Positions 53,950 to 64,000 of a stretch of DNA of 64,000 bases are shown here, piece by piece. Within the stretch, counting starts at the first letter, position 1, and every line of letters begins with the position of its first letter. Location of the stretch: NCBI RefSeq assembly GCF_024223415.1, contig NZ_CP100500.1. The stretch is one strand, 5' to 3'. The notes beneath the pieces were generated by a model that had not been told where the DNA came from, did not search any database, and was given only the letters and a program-made list of their open reading frames with translations. The position numbers were made by a program, and so were the translations under genes. The DNA is from Escherichia coli. Its GTDB lineage: Bacteria; Pseudomonadota; Gammaproteobacteria; Enterobacterales; Enterobacteriaceae.

Positions 53950-56364
53950 TCACCCCGCAAACTGCCTGAACAGCGCCTTACCCTTAACCAGTCGCGCACC
54001 CAGCCAGCCGCCGAAAAGCGACAGCAGCAGCGCACCGCTGCACGGCAGAACAATCCACAATCGCCAGTCTGGCTCCCACGGAAAATCAAACACTTTCGCC
54101 TGCAACACTGCCAGCGCCGTTTCCGCACCAATTGCGGCCACCAGGCCGGAAACAAACCCAAGCATGGCGAACTCACACCACAACGTGGTACGCAGCAGTT
54201 TTTTCCCCGCACCGAGTGTGCGCCACACCACCAGCTCCTGATGACGCTGACGCATTCCCACCTGCACCTGTGCCAGCAACAGCAACATACCGCAGGCGGT
54301 GACCAGCACTACCATCACTTCCAGCGCCCGACTTACCTGCTCCAGCACCTGGCCGACCTGTTTTAAAATCGCGCCAATGTCTAACAGGCTAATGGTCGGG
54401 AACTGGCGGTTGAGTTGCGTCAACATGCCGTTGCCATTCTCCCAGCGGAAACTGGTAAGCCAGCTCTGCGGTTGCCCGTCTAATGCCCCTTCAGGGAAAA
54501 TAAAATAGAAATTAGGCCGCAGACTTTCCCAGTCCACTTTGCGCAGGCTGGTCACTTTAGCACGGAACTCCTGGGTATCGCCCATAAAAGTCACGGTATC
54601 ACCGAGGGCAACGTTTAAGCGTTTCGCCAGCCCCTCTTCCATCGACACTTCATCGGCTTTTGGCGGCCAGTTACCGGCGACAATCGGATTATGATCGGGC
54701 CGCGTATTTTGCCAGGTAAGATTGAGTTCGCGATTGAGCGCCTCATCTTCATTGCCTTCTGTCGGCTTGCCGTTAATCGCCGTCAGTCTCGCCCGCACCA
54801 CCGGATAAAACGATTCCGGGACTATCTGATGTTCCGCGAGGAACGCTTTTAGCGGTGCTACCTGTTCTGTGGCGATGTTGATTAAAAAGTAGTTCGGGCT
54901 TTCTGGAGGTAGCTGCTGCTGCCAGCGGTCGAGCAGATCGCCACGCAACACCAGCAGCAGTGCCAGCAGCATAAAGGAGAGCGAAAATGCCGAAAGCTGG
55001 CTTAACGTTGACCACGGCTGACGTAACAGGCGGCTAACCGCCAGGCGCAGAGGCAGCGATTTCAGCGTCATGCGGCGAAGTACATTCAGCAGCATCCAGC
55101 CCAGCACACCGCACAGCAAAGCCAGTACTACCGCGCCCGCCAGCACCGCCCAAAGCAGCATGCTGCCACCCATTAATCCGACGAGCAGCAGCACAACCAC
55201 CACACTGACAATCGGCAGATAAAACTTCAGCGGCCAGACGTTCGCAACCACATCATTACGTAATACGCGTAAAGGCTGCGTTGCCAGCAACAAGCGGTAT
55301 GGTCGTAGCCCCACCAGCAGCGAGATGACTGTCATGGTGCCAAGCGCCCACAGCCACGGCCAGAGGCTGGCAGGCGGTAGTGCAGCAGGCAGAACGGGCT
55401 TGAGCAGCACCATCAACACGTTTTCGAACAACAGGCCTATCGCCCCACCGGTAACGGCTGAAAGCGCCAGCACCATCAACCACTGACCGACGATTAGCTT
55501 ACGCAGTTGCGCACGCCCTGCCCCCAGCGTTTTGAGGATCGCCACCAGATCGTAGCGACTGCGACAGTAATGATTCATCGCTACCGCCACTGCTGCCACT
55601 GCCAGCAGCAAGGTCAGAAGCGCCGAAAGCAGCAGGAACTGTTGCGAGCGTTCCATCGATCGCCCCAGCGCGCCTTCGTCCTGTTCCAGACCGTACCAGC
55701 GTTGTTCGGGTTTAAGCTGAGGTAACAACCATTTCTCATAGCCGTCGAGTTGGTTCTCGTTGCCGCCGAATTTATAGCGCCAGTTGACCCGACTCCCCGG
55801 CTGCACGGCTCCGGTTTTATCGACATCCGCCAGATTCATCATCAGACGCGGAGCCATCTGGAAGGGGTTAAAACCGGAATCCGGTTCCTGAATCACTTCT
55901 CCGGCAATCCGCAAAGTGGCATCGCCCACGTCAATGGTGTCGCCCGTTTTCAGGTTAAGCAGTGCCATCAGGCGTGGGGCCAGCAATACGCTGCCCGCCT
56001 GCGGTTTCAGGCCAGGGGGATTGGTTTGCAGATCGCCATACATCGGGTAGATATCATCCACCGCTTTGACGTTCGCCAGCTGCGGTGTGTCGCCTGCAAA
56101 TGTCATGGTGGCGAAAGTCAGCTGCTTGCCGACTTTCAGGCCGCGCTTTTGCGCTTCCTCCAGCCATGCTTGCGGCACTTCGCGCGAACTGCGCAACGCC
56201 CGATCGCCCGCCATAAACTCCCGGCTTTGTTGGCTTAAGCCCTTCTCCATGCGATCGCTGATATTGCCCAGCGCCAGCACGCAGGCCACCGCCAGGCTTA
56301 GCGCCAGCCAGACAATTAATAGCGACGGCGAACGCCATTCGCGCCAGAACCAACGTGCAATCAT
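53950..56364 (-). CDS. ybbP: ABC transporter permease YbbP (FtsX-like)
   Basis: 804-aa polytopic membrane ORF overlapping the ybbA stop. Confidence 0.9.
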   Translation of the reverse strand: MIARWFWREWRSPSLLIVWLALSLAVACVLALGNISDRMEKGLSQQSREFMAGDRALRSSREVPQAWLEEAQKRGLKVGKQLTFATMTFAGDTPQLANVKAVDDIYPMYGDLQTNPPGLKPQAGSVLLAPRLMALLNLKTGDTIDVGDATLRIAGEVIQEPDSGFNPFQMAPRLMMNLADVDKTGAVQPGSRVNWRYKFGGNENQLDGYEKWLLPQLKPEQRWYGLEQDEGALGRSMERSQQFLLLSALLTLLLAVAAVAVAMNHYCRSRYDLVAILKTLGAGRAQLRKLIVGQWLMVLALSAVTGGAIGLLFENVLMVLLKPVLPAALPPASLWPWLWALGTMTVISLLVGLRPYRLLLATQPLRVLRNDVVANVWPLKFYLPIVSVVVVLLLVGLMGGSMLLWAVLAGAVVLALLCGVLGWMLLNVLRRMTLKSLPLRLAVSRLLRQPWSTLSQLSAFSLSFMLLALLLVLRGDLLDRWQQQLPPESPNYFLINIATEQVAPLKAFLAEHQIVPESFYPVVRARLTAINGKPTEGNEDEALNRELNLTWQNTRPDHNPIVAGNWPPKADEVSMEEGLAKRLNVALGDTVTFMGDTQEFRAKVTSLRKVDWESLRPNFYFIFPEGALDGQPQSWLTSFRWENGNGMLTQLNRQFPTISLLDIGAILKQVGQVLEQVSRALEVMVVLVTACGMLLLLAQVQVGMRQRHQELVVWRTLGAGKKLLRTTLWCEFAMLGFVSGLVAAIGAETALAVLQAKVFDFPWEPDWRLWIVLPCSGALLLSLFGGWLGARLVKGKALFRQFAG

Positions 56365-57047
56365 GCTTCCTCCTGCAACTGCCCGTTCACCAGCCGTAAG
56401 CAGCGGTCGCAGCGTGCCGCCAGTTGCAGGTCGTGGGTCACCATAATCAACGTGGTGCCATGTTCACGGTTGAGGGAAAACAGCAGGTCGGCAATTTTAT
56501 CGCCGGTCTGGCGGTCAAGGTTGCCGGTGGGTTCGTCGGCAAACAGCACATCAGGTCGACCGTTAAAGGCTCGTGCCAGCGCCACTCGTTGCTGTTCACC
56601 GCCGGAAAGCTGTGCCGGAAGATGATCCAGACGTTTACCCAGCCCTAACTGTTCGAGCAACGCTTTCGCTCCGTTACGACTTTCCGCGCTACTCTCACCG
56701 CGCAGCAGCGCCGGAAGCTCGACGTTTTCCAGCGCGTTAAGGGTAGGAATTAACATAAATGACTGAAAAACAAAGCCGACGTGCTTCGCGCGCAACTTTG
56801 CCCGCGCTTCTTCGTCCATATTATGTAGCGGTTGTCCCACCAAACTCACTTCGCCACTGCTGCCGTCATCCAGCCCGGCGAGGATCGCCAGCAAGGTTGA
56901 CTTACCCGATCCCGACTCGCCCACCAGCGCGATGGTCTCGCCGCGTTTGACAACCAACTCAACTCCGGTGAGGATGGAGAGTTCATGCTCCCCCTGACCG
57001 ACGGACTTCTTAAGATGATGAACTTCAACAATGTTTTCCGCTGGCAT
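56361..57047 (-). CDS. ybbA: ABC transporter ATP-binding protein YbbA
   Basis: 228-aa ORF with Walker A GESGSGKST, ABC signature LSGGEQQR and Walker B. Confidence 0.9.
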   Translation of the reverse strand: MPAENIVEVHHLKKSVGQGEHELSILTGVELVVKRGETIALVGESGSGKSTLLAILAGLDDGSSGEVSLVGQPLHNMDEEARAKLRAKHVGFVFQSFMLIPTLNALENVELPALLRGESSAESRNGAKALLEQLGLGKRLDHLPAQLSGGEQQRVALARAFNGRPDVLFADEPTGNLDRQTGDKIADLLFSLNREHGTTLIMVTHDLQLAARCDRCLRLVNGQLQEEA

Positions 57048-57641
57048 TTGCCCTTCCTGTTCCTGGTCCTGTTAACCTTCCGTGCCGCCGCAGCGGACAC
57101 GTTATTGATTCTGGGTGATAGCCTGAGCGCCGGGTATCGAATGTCTGCCAGCGCGGCCTGGCCTGCCTTGTTGAATGATAAGTGGCAGAGTAAAACGTCG
57201 GTAGTTAATGCCAGCATCAGCGGCGACACCTCGCAACAAGGGCTGGCGCGCCTTCCGGCTCTGCTGAAACAGCATCAGCCGCGCTGGGTGCTGGTTGAAC
57301 TGGGCGGCAATGACGGTTTGCGTGGTTTTCAGCCACAGCAAACCGAGCAAACGCTGCGCCAGATTTTGCAGGATGTCAAAGCCGCCAACGCTGAACCATT
57401 GTTAATGCAAATACGTCTGCCTGCAAACTATGGCCGCCGTTATAATGAAGCCTTTAGCGCCATTTACCCCAAACTCGCCAAAGAGTTTGATGTTCCGCTG
57501 CTGCCCTTTTTTATGGAAGAGGTCTACCTCAAGCCACAATGGATGCAGGATGACGGTATTCATCCCAACCGCGACGCCCAGCCGTTTATTGCCGACTGGA
57601 TGGCGAAGCAGTTGCAGCCTTTAGTAAATCATGACTCATAA
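57015..57641 (+). CDS. tesA: Acyl-CoA thioesterase I / lysophospholipase L1 (SGNH hydrolase)
   Basis: 208-aa product from MMNFNNVFRWHLPFLFLVLL... with GDSLSAG motif. Confidence 0.9.
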   Translation: MMNFNNVFRWHLPFLFLVLLTFRAAAADTLLILGDSLSAGYRMSASAAWPALLNDKWQSKTSVVNASISGDTSQQGLARLPALLKQHQPRWVLVELGGNDGLRGFQPQQTEQTLRQILQDVKAANAEPLLMQIRLPANYGRRYNEAFSAIYPKLAKEFDVPLLPFFMEEVYLKPQWMQDDGIHPNRDAQPFIADWMAKQLQPLVNHDS

Positions 57642-58440
57642 AGCAACGGAGATCCTGACAGGTAAAGTTATGCAAAAATCGGTCTTAATTACCGGATGTT
57701 CCAGTGGAATTGGCCTGGAAAGCGCGCTCGAATTAAAACGCCAGGGTTTTCATGTGCTGGCAGGTTGCCGGAAACCGGATGATGTTGAGCGCATGAACAG
57801 CATGGGATTTACCGGCGTGTTGATCGATCTGGATTCACCAGAAAGTGTTGATCGCGCAGCCGACGAGGTGATCGCCCTGACCGATAATTGTCTGTATGGG
57901 ATCTTTAACAATGCCGGATTCGGCATGTATGGCCCCCTTTCCACCATCAGCCGTGCGCAGATGGAACAGCAGTTTTCCGCCAACTTTTTCGGCGCACACC
58001 AGCTCACCATGCGCCTGTTACCCGCGATGTTACCGCACGGTGAAGGGCGTATTGTGATGACATCATCGGTGATGGGATTAATCTCCACGCCGGGTCGTGG
58101 CGCTTACGCGGCCAGTAAATATGCGCTGGAGGCGTGGTCAGACGCGCTGCGCATGGAGCTACGCCACAGCGGAATTAAAGTCAGCCTGATCGAACCCGGT
58201 CCCATTCGTACTCGCTTCACCGACAACGTCAACCAGACGCAAAGTGATAAACCAGTCGAAAATCCCGGCATCGCCGCCCGCTTTACGTTGGGACCGGAAG
58301 CGGTGGTGGACAAAGTACGCCATGCTTTTATTAGCGAGAAGCCGAAGATGCGCTATCCGGTAACGCTGGTGACCTGGGCAGTAATGGTGCTTAAGCGCCT
58401 GCTGCCGGGGCGCGTGATGGACAAAATATTGCAGGGGTGA
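57631..58440 (+). CDS. ybbO: Short-chain dehydrogenase/reductase YbbO
   Basis: 269-aa ORF with TGCSSGIG Rossmann motif and YAASK catalytic motif. Confidence 0.85.
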   Translation: MTHKATEILTGKVMQKSVLITGCSSGIGLESALELKRQGFHVLAGCRKPDDVERMNSMGFTGVLIDLDSPESVDRAADEVIALTDNCLYGIFNNAGFGMYGPLSTISRAQMEQQFSANFFGAHQLTMRLLPAMLPHGEGRIVMTSSVMGLISTPGRGAYAASKYALEAWSDALRMELRHSGIKVSLIEPGPIRTRFTDNVNQTQSDKPVENPGIAARFTLGPEAVVDKVRHAFISEKPKMRYPVTLVTWAVMVLKRLLPGRVMDKILQG

Positions 58441-58458
58441 GTTGAAGCGCGCGCTTAA

Positions 58459-59355
<897 letters not shown>

Positions 59356-59417
59356 TATTCCGTTGATCGGCACATGAACCACAACGCCGGATGCGATGCT
59401 GCGCATCCGGCATCGCA

Positions 59418-60197
59418 TCATTTCTTCTTCAATTGCGTCACCACCAACTGGTGGCGCGAATTATAAAACTTACGATAGGTTAAATAGCAGGCAATAATGG
59501 TCGACAAGCTGGCGGTTGAGAGCAGCATAAAAGTCACCATAATCTGATATTTAATCGCCTTCACCGGATCAATCCCGGCAAATATCAGCCCGGACATCAT
59601 TCCTGGTAAACTCACTAAGCCAACCGTTTTTGCTGAATCGACCGTCGGAATTAAAGCCGCGCGAATACTGTCGCGAATCAATATCGCTGAAGCCTGCTTC
59701 GGCGTCGCGCCAAGACTCAGTTTCTCCTGAATCTGTTGCTGTTCGCTAATGACCCGTTGCCCTAAATTGTTGTAACACAACCCCACCGCTACCATGGCGT
59801 TACCGGCAATCATCCCGGCGATAGGGATCACCTGCATCGGGATAAATTCAATCGACCCTGAGAGAATCAGCACCGCCAGGGTAATTCCCGCCCCGACCGT
59901 AATGGCAATAAACGATGAGATAAAAGCTTTAGCAATATATTTACTGCGTTTTTGCGCGTTCCACGCCGCATTAAAGCAGATAAATAACACCATCAATAAT
60001 GTCAGGCTGGCATCATCCACGCTGAAAATATACTTCAGCACATAGCCGACAATAATCAGCTGAATTATCGCTCGCCCGACGCTCCAGAGAATATCTTTCT
60101 CCAGCGCCAGTTTTTCTTTATGGCTAATTAAGATTGCCACCACCACCAGCATTAATGCCAGTGCTAATGATTCGTTAGTAATATTATGCGAGTTCAT
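59418..60197 (-). CDS. fetB: Iron export ABC transporter permease FetB
   Basis: About 259-aa polytopic membrane ORF downstream of fetA. Confidence 0.85.
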   Translation of the reverse strand: MNSHNITNESLALALMLVVVAILISHKEKLALEKDILWSVGRAIIQLIIVGYVLKYIFSVDDASLTLLMVLFICFNAAWNAQKRSKYIAKAFISSFIAITVGAGITLAVLILSGSIEFIPMQVIPIAGMIAGNAMVAVGLCYNNLGQRVISEQQQIQEKLSLGATPKQASAILIRDSIRAALIPTVDSAKTVGLVSLPGMMSGLIFAGIDPVKAIKYQIMVTFMLLSTASLSTIIACYLTYRKFYNSRHQLVVTQLKKK

Positions 60198-60861
60198 AGC
60201 GTGCTTCCTGCATTTCTCCGGCATGCGGTTGCAGTGTAATCACTTTATCCGCATGATTAATTTCGTCTTTATCGTGTGTCACCCACAGCACGGCAATATT
60301 TTGCTCGCGCACATAACGATGGATCATCTCATTAACGTTATGTTTATTACTTTCATCCAGCGCACTGGTGATTTCATCCAGCAATAAAACCTTCGGCATA
60401 AATTGCAGGTTACGAATCAGTGAGATGCGTTGTTTTTCACCACCAGATAGCTCGGCGATATTTTTCGTCAAAATGCTGTCCGGCAAGGCGAAGCGTTCGA
60501 GAAAATCGAGAAAAATGGCTGGGTCAGGCTGCCGGTTACGGATCTGCCAGGGAAAGATCAGATTATCGTATACCGTATCGCCAAACAGCGTCGGTGTCTG
60601 GGCGCAGTAAGAGACTTGTTGGCGGTAGATTTCTGGCTTTAGTGTGCTGACATCCTCACCTTCAAACAGTAACGTTCCGCTGGTTGGGCTGATCAATGAA
60701 GCAACTATTTTTAGCAACGTACTTTTGCCACAACCAGAAGGACCGGTAATTAACTTAAATTCGCCAGCACGCAGCGAAAAATTGATGTTATTAAGAATCT
60801 TCGCATCACCCGCCAGATATCCTACGTTTTGTAGCTGAAGCAAAGGACTATTTTCCTGCAT
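60184..60861 (-). CDS. fetA: Iron export ABC transporter ATP-binding protein FetA
   Basis: 225-aa ORF with Walker A GPSGCGKST and ABC signature LSGGEKQR. Confidence 0.9.
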   Translation of the reverse strand: MQENSPLLQLQNVGYLAGDAKILNNINFSLRAGEFKLITGPSGCGKSTLLKIVASLISPTSGTLLFEGEDVSTLKPEIYRQQVSYCAQTPTLFGDTVYDNLIFPWQIRNRQPDPAIFLDFLERFALPDSILTKNIAELSGGEKQRISLIRNLQFMPKVLLLDEITSALDESNKHNVNEMIHRYVREQNIAVLWVTHDKDEINHADKVITLQPHAGEMQEARYELA

Positions 60862-61006
60862 CGCTGTTCCCTTTTTCTGATTTTTACTAAAAACAGTTTA
60901 TCCTTCGCAGGAATAAGGGGGAACTCTCTTTCAGTAATCAGGTATAATTTGTTTAATCAAGCAGCAATTTTGCTGATTATGGACGGTACAACAGGAGGTT
61001 TTTCCG

Positions 61007-61924
61007 ATGCTTATCTTTATCCCGATTCTCATTTTTGTCGCGCTGGTCATTGTCGGCGCGGGCGTCAAAATCGTGCCGCAGGGCTATCAATGGACGGTAG
61101 AACGTTTTGGTCGCTATACCAAAACGTTACAGCCGGGGCTCAGTCTGGTGGTGCCGTTTATGGATCGCATTGGTCGCAAGATCAATATGATGGAGCAAGT
61201 GCTCGATATCCCTTCCCAGGAAGTTATCTCGAAAGATAACGCCAACGTTACCATCGACGCCGTGTGCTTTATTCAGGTGATTGATGCGCCGCGCGCGGCT
61301 TATGAAGTCAGCAATCTGGAGCTGGCGATCATCAACCTGACCATGACTAACATCCGTACCGTGCTGGGTTCAATGGAACTTGACGAAATGCTCTCTCAGC
61401 GCGACAGCATCAACTCACGCCTGCTGCGTATTGTCGATGAAGCCACTAACCCGTGGGGGATTAAAGTCACCCGTATTGAAATTCGCGACGTGCGCCCACC
61501 GGCAGAGCTTATCTCTTCAATGAACGCGCAGATGAAAGCGGAACGTACCAAACGTGCTTACATTCTTGAAGCGGAAGGGATCCGTCAGGCGGAAATCCTC
61601 AAAGCCGAAGGTGAAAAACAGTCGCAAATCCTGAAAGCGGAAGGCGAACGTCAGTCGGCGTTTTTACAGGCTGAAGCGCGTGAACGTTCCGCTGAAGCAG
61701 AAGCCCGCGCCACCAAAATGGTGTCTGAAGCCATCGCCTCCGGTGATATTCAGGCGGTGAACTACTTCGTAGCGCAGAAATACACCGAAGCGTTACAGCA
61801 GATCGGTTCGTCCAGTAACAGCAAAGTGGTGATGATGCCATTAGAGGCCAGCAGCCTGATGGGGTCGATTGCCGGGATTGCCGAGCTGGTGAAAGACAGC
61901 GCCAACAAGCGGACTCAGCCATGA
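61007..61924 (+). CDS. qmcA: Stomatin/prohibitin-family membrane protease modulator QmcA
   Basis: 305-aa ORF with N-terminal TM helix and SPFH domain. Confidence 0.9.
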   Translation: MLIFIPILIFVALVIVGAGVKIVPQGYQWTVERFGRYTKTLQPGLSLVVPFMDRIGRKINMMEQVLDIPSQEVISKDNANVTIDAVCFIQVIDAPRAAYEVSNLELAIINLTMTNIRTVLGSMELDEMLSQRDSINSRLLRIVDEATNPWGIKVTRIEIRDVRPPAELISSMNAQMKAERTKRAYILEAEGIRQAEILKAEGEKQSQILKAEGERQSAFLQAEARERSAEAEARATKMVSEAIASGDIQAVNYFVAQKYTEALQQIGSSSNSKVVMMPLEASSLMGSIAGIAELVKDSANKRTQP

Positions 61925-62379
61925 TGGAGTTAATGGTCGTTCATCCACATATTTTCTGGCTCAGTCTCGGCGGTTTGCTGCTGGCAGCCGAGATGCTGGG
62001 CGGAAATGGTTATTTGTTGTGGAGCGGCGTGGCAGCGGTGATTACCGGCCTGGTGGTCTGGCTGGTGCCGCTGGGTTGGGAGTGGCAAGGGGTGATGTTT
62101 GCCATCCTGACGCTGCTCGCCGCCTGGCTGTGGTGGAAATGGTTGTCGCGGCGGGTGCGCGAACAAAAGCACAGCGACAGTCATTTAAACCAGCGCGGGC
62201 AGCAGCTGATTGGCCGACGTTTTGTGCTGGAATCTCCGCTGGTCAACGGGCGCGGTCATATGCGCGTCGGTGACAGTTCATGGCCTGTCAGCGCCAGCGA
62301 GGATCTCGGCGCAGGTACGCATGTTGAAGTCATTGCGATAGAAGGGATAACGCTGATCATCCGTGCGGTCATCGCCTGA
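61921..62379 (+). CDS. ybbJ: NfeD-like membrane protein YbbJ
   Basis: 152-aa ORF overlapping the qmcA stop; N-terminal TM helices plus C-terminal OB-like domain. Confidence 0.85.
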   Translation: MMELMVVHPHIFWLSLGGLLLAAEMLGGNGYLLWSGVAAVITGLVVWLVPLGWEWQGVMFAILTLLAAWLWWKWLSRRVREQKHSDSHLNQRGQQLIGRRFVLESPLVNGRGHMRVGDSSWPVSASEDLGAGTHVEVIAIEGITLIIRAVIA

Positions 62380-62462
62380 TGCGACGCTGACGCGTCTTAT
62401 CATGCCTACAAAATATGCCCGAATCGTAGGCCAGATAAGGCGCTTGCGCCGCATCCGGCATA
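62380..62462. repeat. REP palindromic units downstream of ybbJ
   Basis: ...GCGACGCTGACGCGTCTTATCATGCCTAC... and GTAGGCCAGATAAGGCGCTTGCGCCGCATCCGGCA. Confidence 0.6.
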
Positions 62463-62481
62463 TAGCCGAGTAGAGGCAAAA

Positions 62482-62844
62482 TTACTCTTCCCTGCCTTTA
62501 CCCATACTTTTTTGGTCTTCATCCGGATAGTGTTTTTTTAGATATTCCAGGACGTTTTTATTGACCTTGTGTTGGGTATACACCCACCCTTTCCAGTAAT
62601 CAGGCTGGTCCAGGTAAACTTCTGGCGGAATGGTGAAATCAGAAAGCGTTAACCATTCGGCTAACAGATCGGGGTTTCGTTTCTGTATCAACTGCAACAG
62701 CATAATCAGCGACATGGCAGAGGCAGGAGCCGTACTATCGCCGCTTAAATACTTCCACACTGTCGACCGGTTCGAACGAAAAAGGATCGGTAGCAATGCC
62801 CGGTCCAGATTCATTTCATTAAAAATCTTCTCAAATTCATTCAT
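62482..62844 (-). CDS. Hypothetical protein (120 aa), not recognised
   Basis: ORF MNEFEKIFNEMNLDRALLPILFRSN... occupying the position where cueR would be in K-12, but not CueR-like. Confidence 0.45.
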   Translation of the reverse strand: MNEFEKIFNEMNLDRALLPILFRSNRSTVWKYLSGDSTAPASAMSLIMLLQLIQKRNPDLLAEWLTLSDFTIPPEVYLDQPDYWKGWVYTQHKVNKNVLEYLKKHYPDEDQKSMGKGREE

Positions 62845-63210
62845 TTAAATTTTCCTGCCTGGCGTAAACCTCTTAAAAATTGAGATTTATCAAAGAAACG
62901 CATTTTAGCACACATCAGGAACCGCTTCACGTTTAGTCCAGAAACAGAATTTATTTCGCTTATCAAAACAAGTCTTTACTCTTTTTTACATTGAAAGAGC
63001 ACGAAATGTTTTCCTTTTTTATTTATAAAAGAAACAATTTTTGTTTCTTATTGGTGGTGTTTACGCTTACACCAAACAAAAATGCGCTTTACATCACATA
63101 AATGGCGGCGTAGATTTCGATCAAATTGCAACGCAGTTTATTTCTTAAAACAATATTATTTGTTTCTTATAGAAACATTAATACGACTTATTTTGAACAA
63201 GAGAAAATGA

Positions 63211-64000
63211 ATGAAAACTGTAAACGTAGCTTTACTGGCACTCATAATTTCAGCAACATCCAGCCCTGTTGTTTTAGCTGGTGATACCATTGAAGCAGCG
63301 GCAACAGAGCTTTCAGCCATTAACTCTGGCATGTCGCAATCGGAGATTGAGCAGAAGATTACCCGCTTTTTAGAACGCACAGACAACAGCCCCGCTGCGT
63401 ATACCTATTTGACTGAACATCACTACATCCCTTCTGAAACACCTGATACCACTCAGACTCCCACTGTCCAGACAGATCCTGACGCAGGACAAAAAACCGT
63501 TGCCGCTACAGGTGATGTACAGACAACTGCCCGTTATCAGAGCATGATCAACGCCCGACAGTCTGCGGTAACTGACGCCCAGCAAACGCAAATTACAGAG
63601 CAACAGGCGCAGATCGTAGCCACACAAAAAACGCTCGCCGCGACTGGAGATACGCAAAATACCGCGCATTATCAGGAGATGATTAATGCCAGACTGGCGG
63701 CTCAAAATGAGGCTAATCAGCGCACCGCCACTGAACAAGGGCAGAAAATGAATGCGCTGACAACCGATGTGGCAGCACAACAGCAAAATGAAAGGACTCA
63801 ATACGATAAACAAATGCAAAGTCTGGCGCAGGAGTCTGCCCAGGCACATGAACAAATTGACAGCCTGTCACAAGACGTAACCCAAACGCACCAACAGTTA
63901 ACCAACACCCAAAAACGGGTTGCAGATAACAGCCAGCAAATTAACACGCTCAATAACCATTTCAGTTCGCTAAAAAACGAAGTTGATGACAATCGTAAAG
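63211..64000 (+). CDS. Secreted Gln/Thr-rich repeat (coiled-coil-like) protein, 5' partial (runs off window end)
   Basis: Open frame from ATG 63211 to the window end, absent from the ORF track because it has no stop; signal peptide MKTVNVALLALIISATSSPVVLAGD; internal repeats ATGD(V/T)Q(T/N)TA(R/H)YQ(S/E)MINAR. Confidence 0.5.
   Translation, partial: MKTVNVALLALIISATSSPVVLAGDTIEAAATELSAINSGMSQSEIEQKITRFLERTDNSPAAYTYLTEHHYIPSETPDTTQTPTVQTDPDAGQKTVAATGDVQTTARYQSMINARQSAVTDAQQTQITEQQAQIVATQKTLAATGDTQNTAHYQEMINARLAAQNEANQRTATEQGQKMNALTTDVAAQQQNERTQYDKQMQSLAQESAQAHEQIDSLSQDVTQTHQQLTNTQKRVADNSQQINTLNNHFSSLKNEVDDNRK

Overview
Escherichia coli chromosomal window, reverse-complemented relative to K-12 numbering: DLP12-type prophage end (xis/int) - argU - fimZ - sfmFHDCA - folD - ybcJ - ybcI - cysS - ppiB - lpxH - purEK - ybcF - ylbFE - fdrA - allDC - [island] - allE - glxK - ybbY - allB - ybbW - glxR - hyi - gcl - allR - allA - allS - selU - IS/rhs fragments - rhs - ybbPA - tesA - ybbO - ybbN - fetBA - qmcA - ybbJ - unknown locus. 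The backbone is K-12-like but not K-12. The main feature is an ~11.6-kb integrative phage-satellite-like island (about 22250-33889) inserted at the start of allE and bounded by 13-bp direct repeats. It carries a P4-type tyrosine integrase, AlpA, an RHH regulator facing three operator repeats, an Icd-like gene plus five small unknown ORFs, a P4-family primase with downstream iterons, SSB, a PerC-like regulator, and lambda-like head genes (capsid E-like, decoration D-like, Nu1-like small terminase). It has no portal, large terminase, protease, tail or lysis genes. The Nu1-like gene sits in a cassette flanked by ~45-bp inverted repeats. Other lesions: in-frame TAG stops in intD and ybbW, and a perfect 38-bp tandem duplication that frameshifts rhs. 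No rRNA or CRISPR arrays were seen. Gene calls use the supplied ORF track; motif coordinates were hand-counted and may be off by 1-2 bp. All homology statements come from reading the translations, not from database searches.
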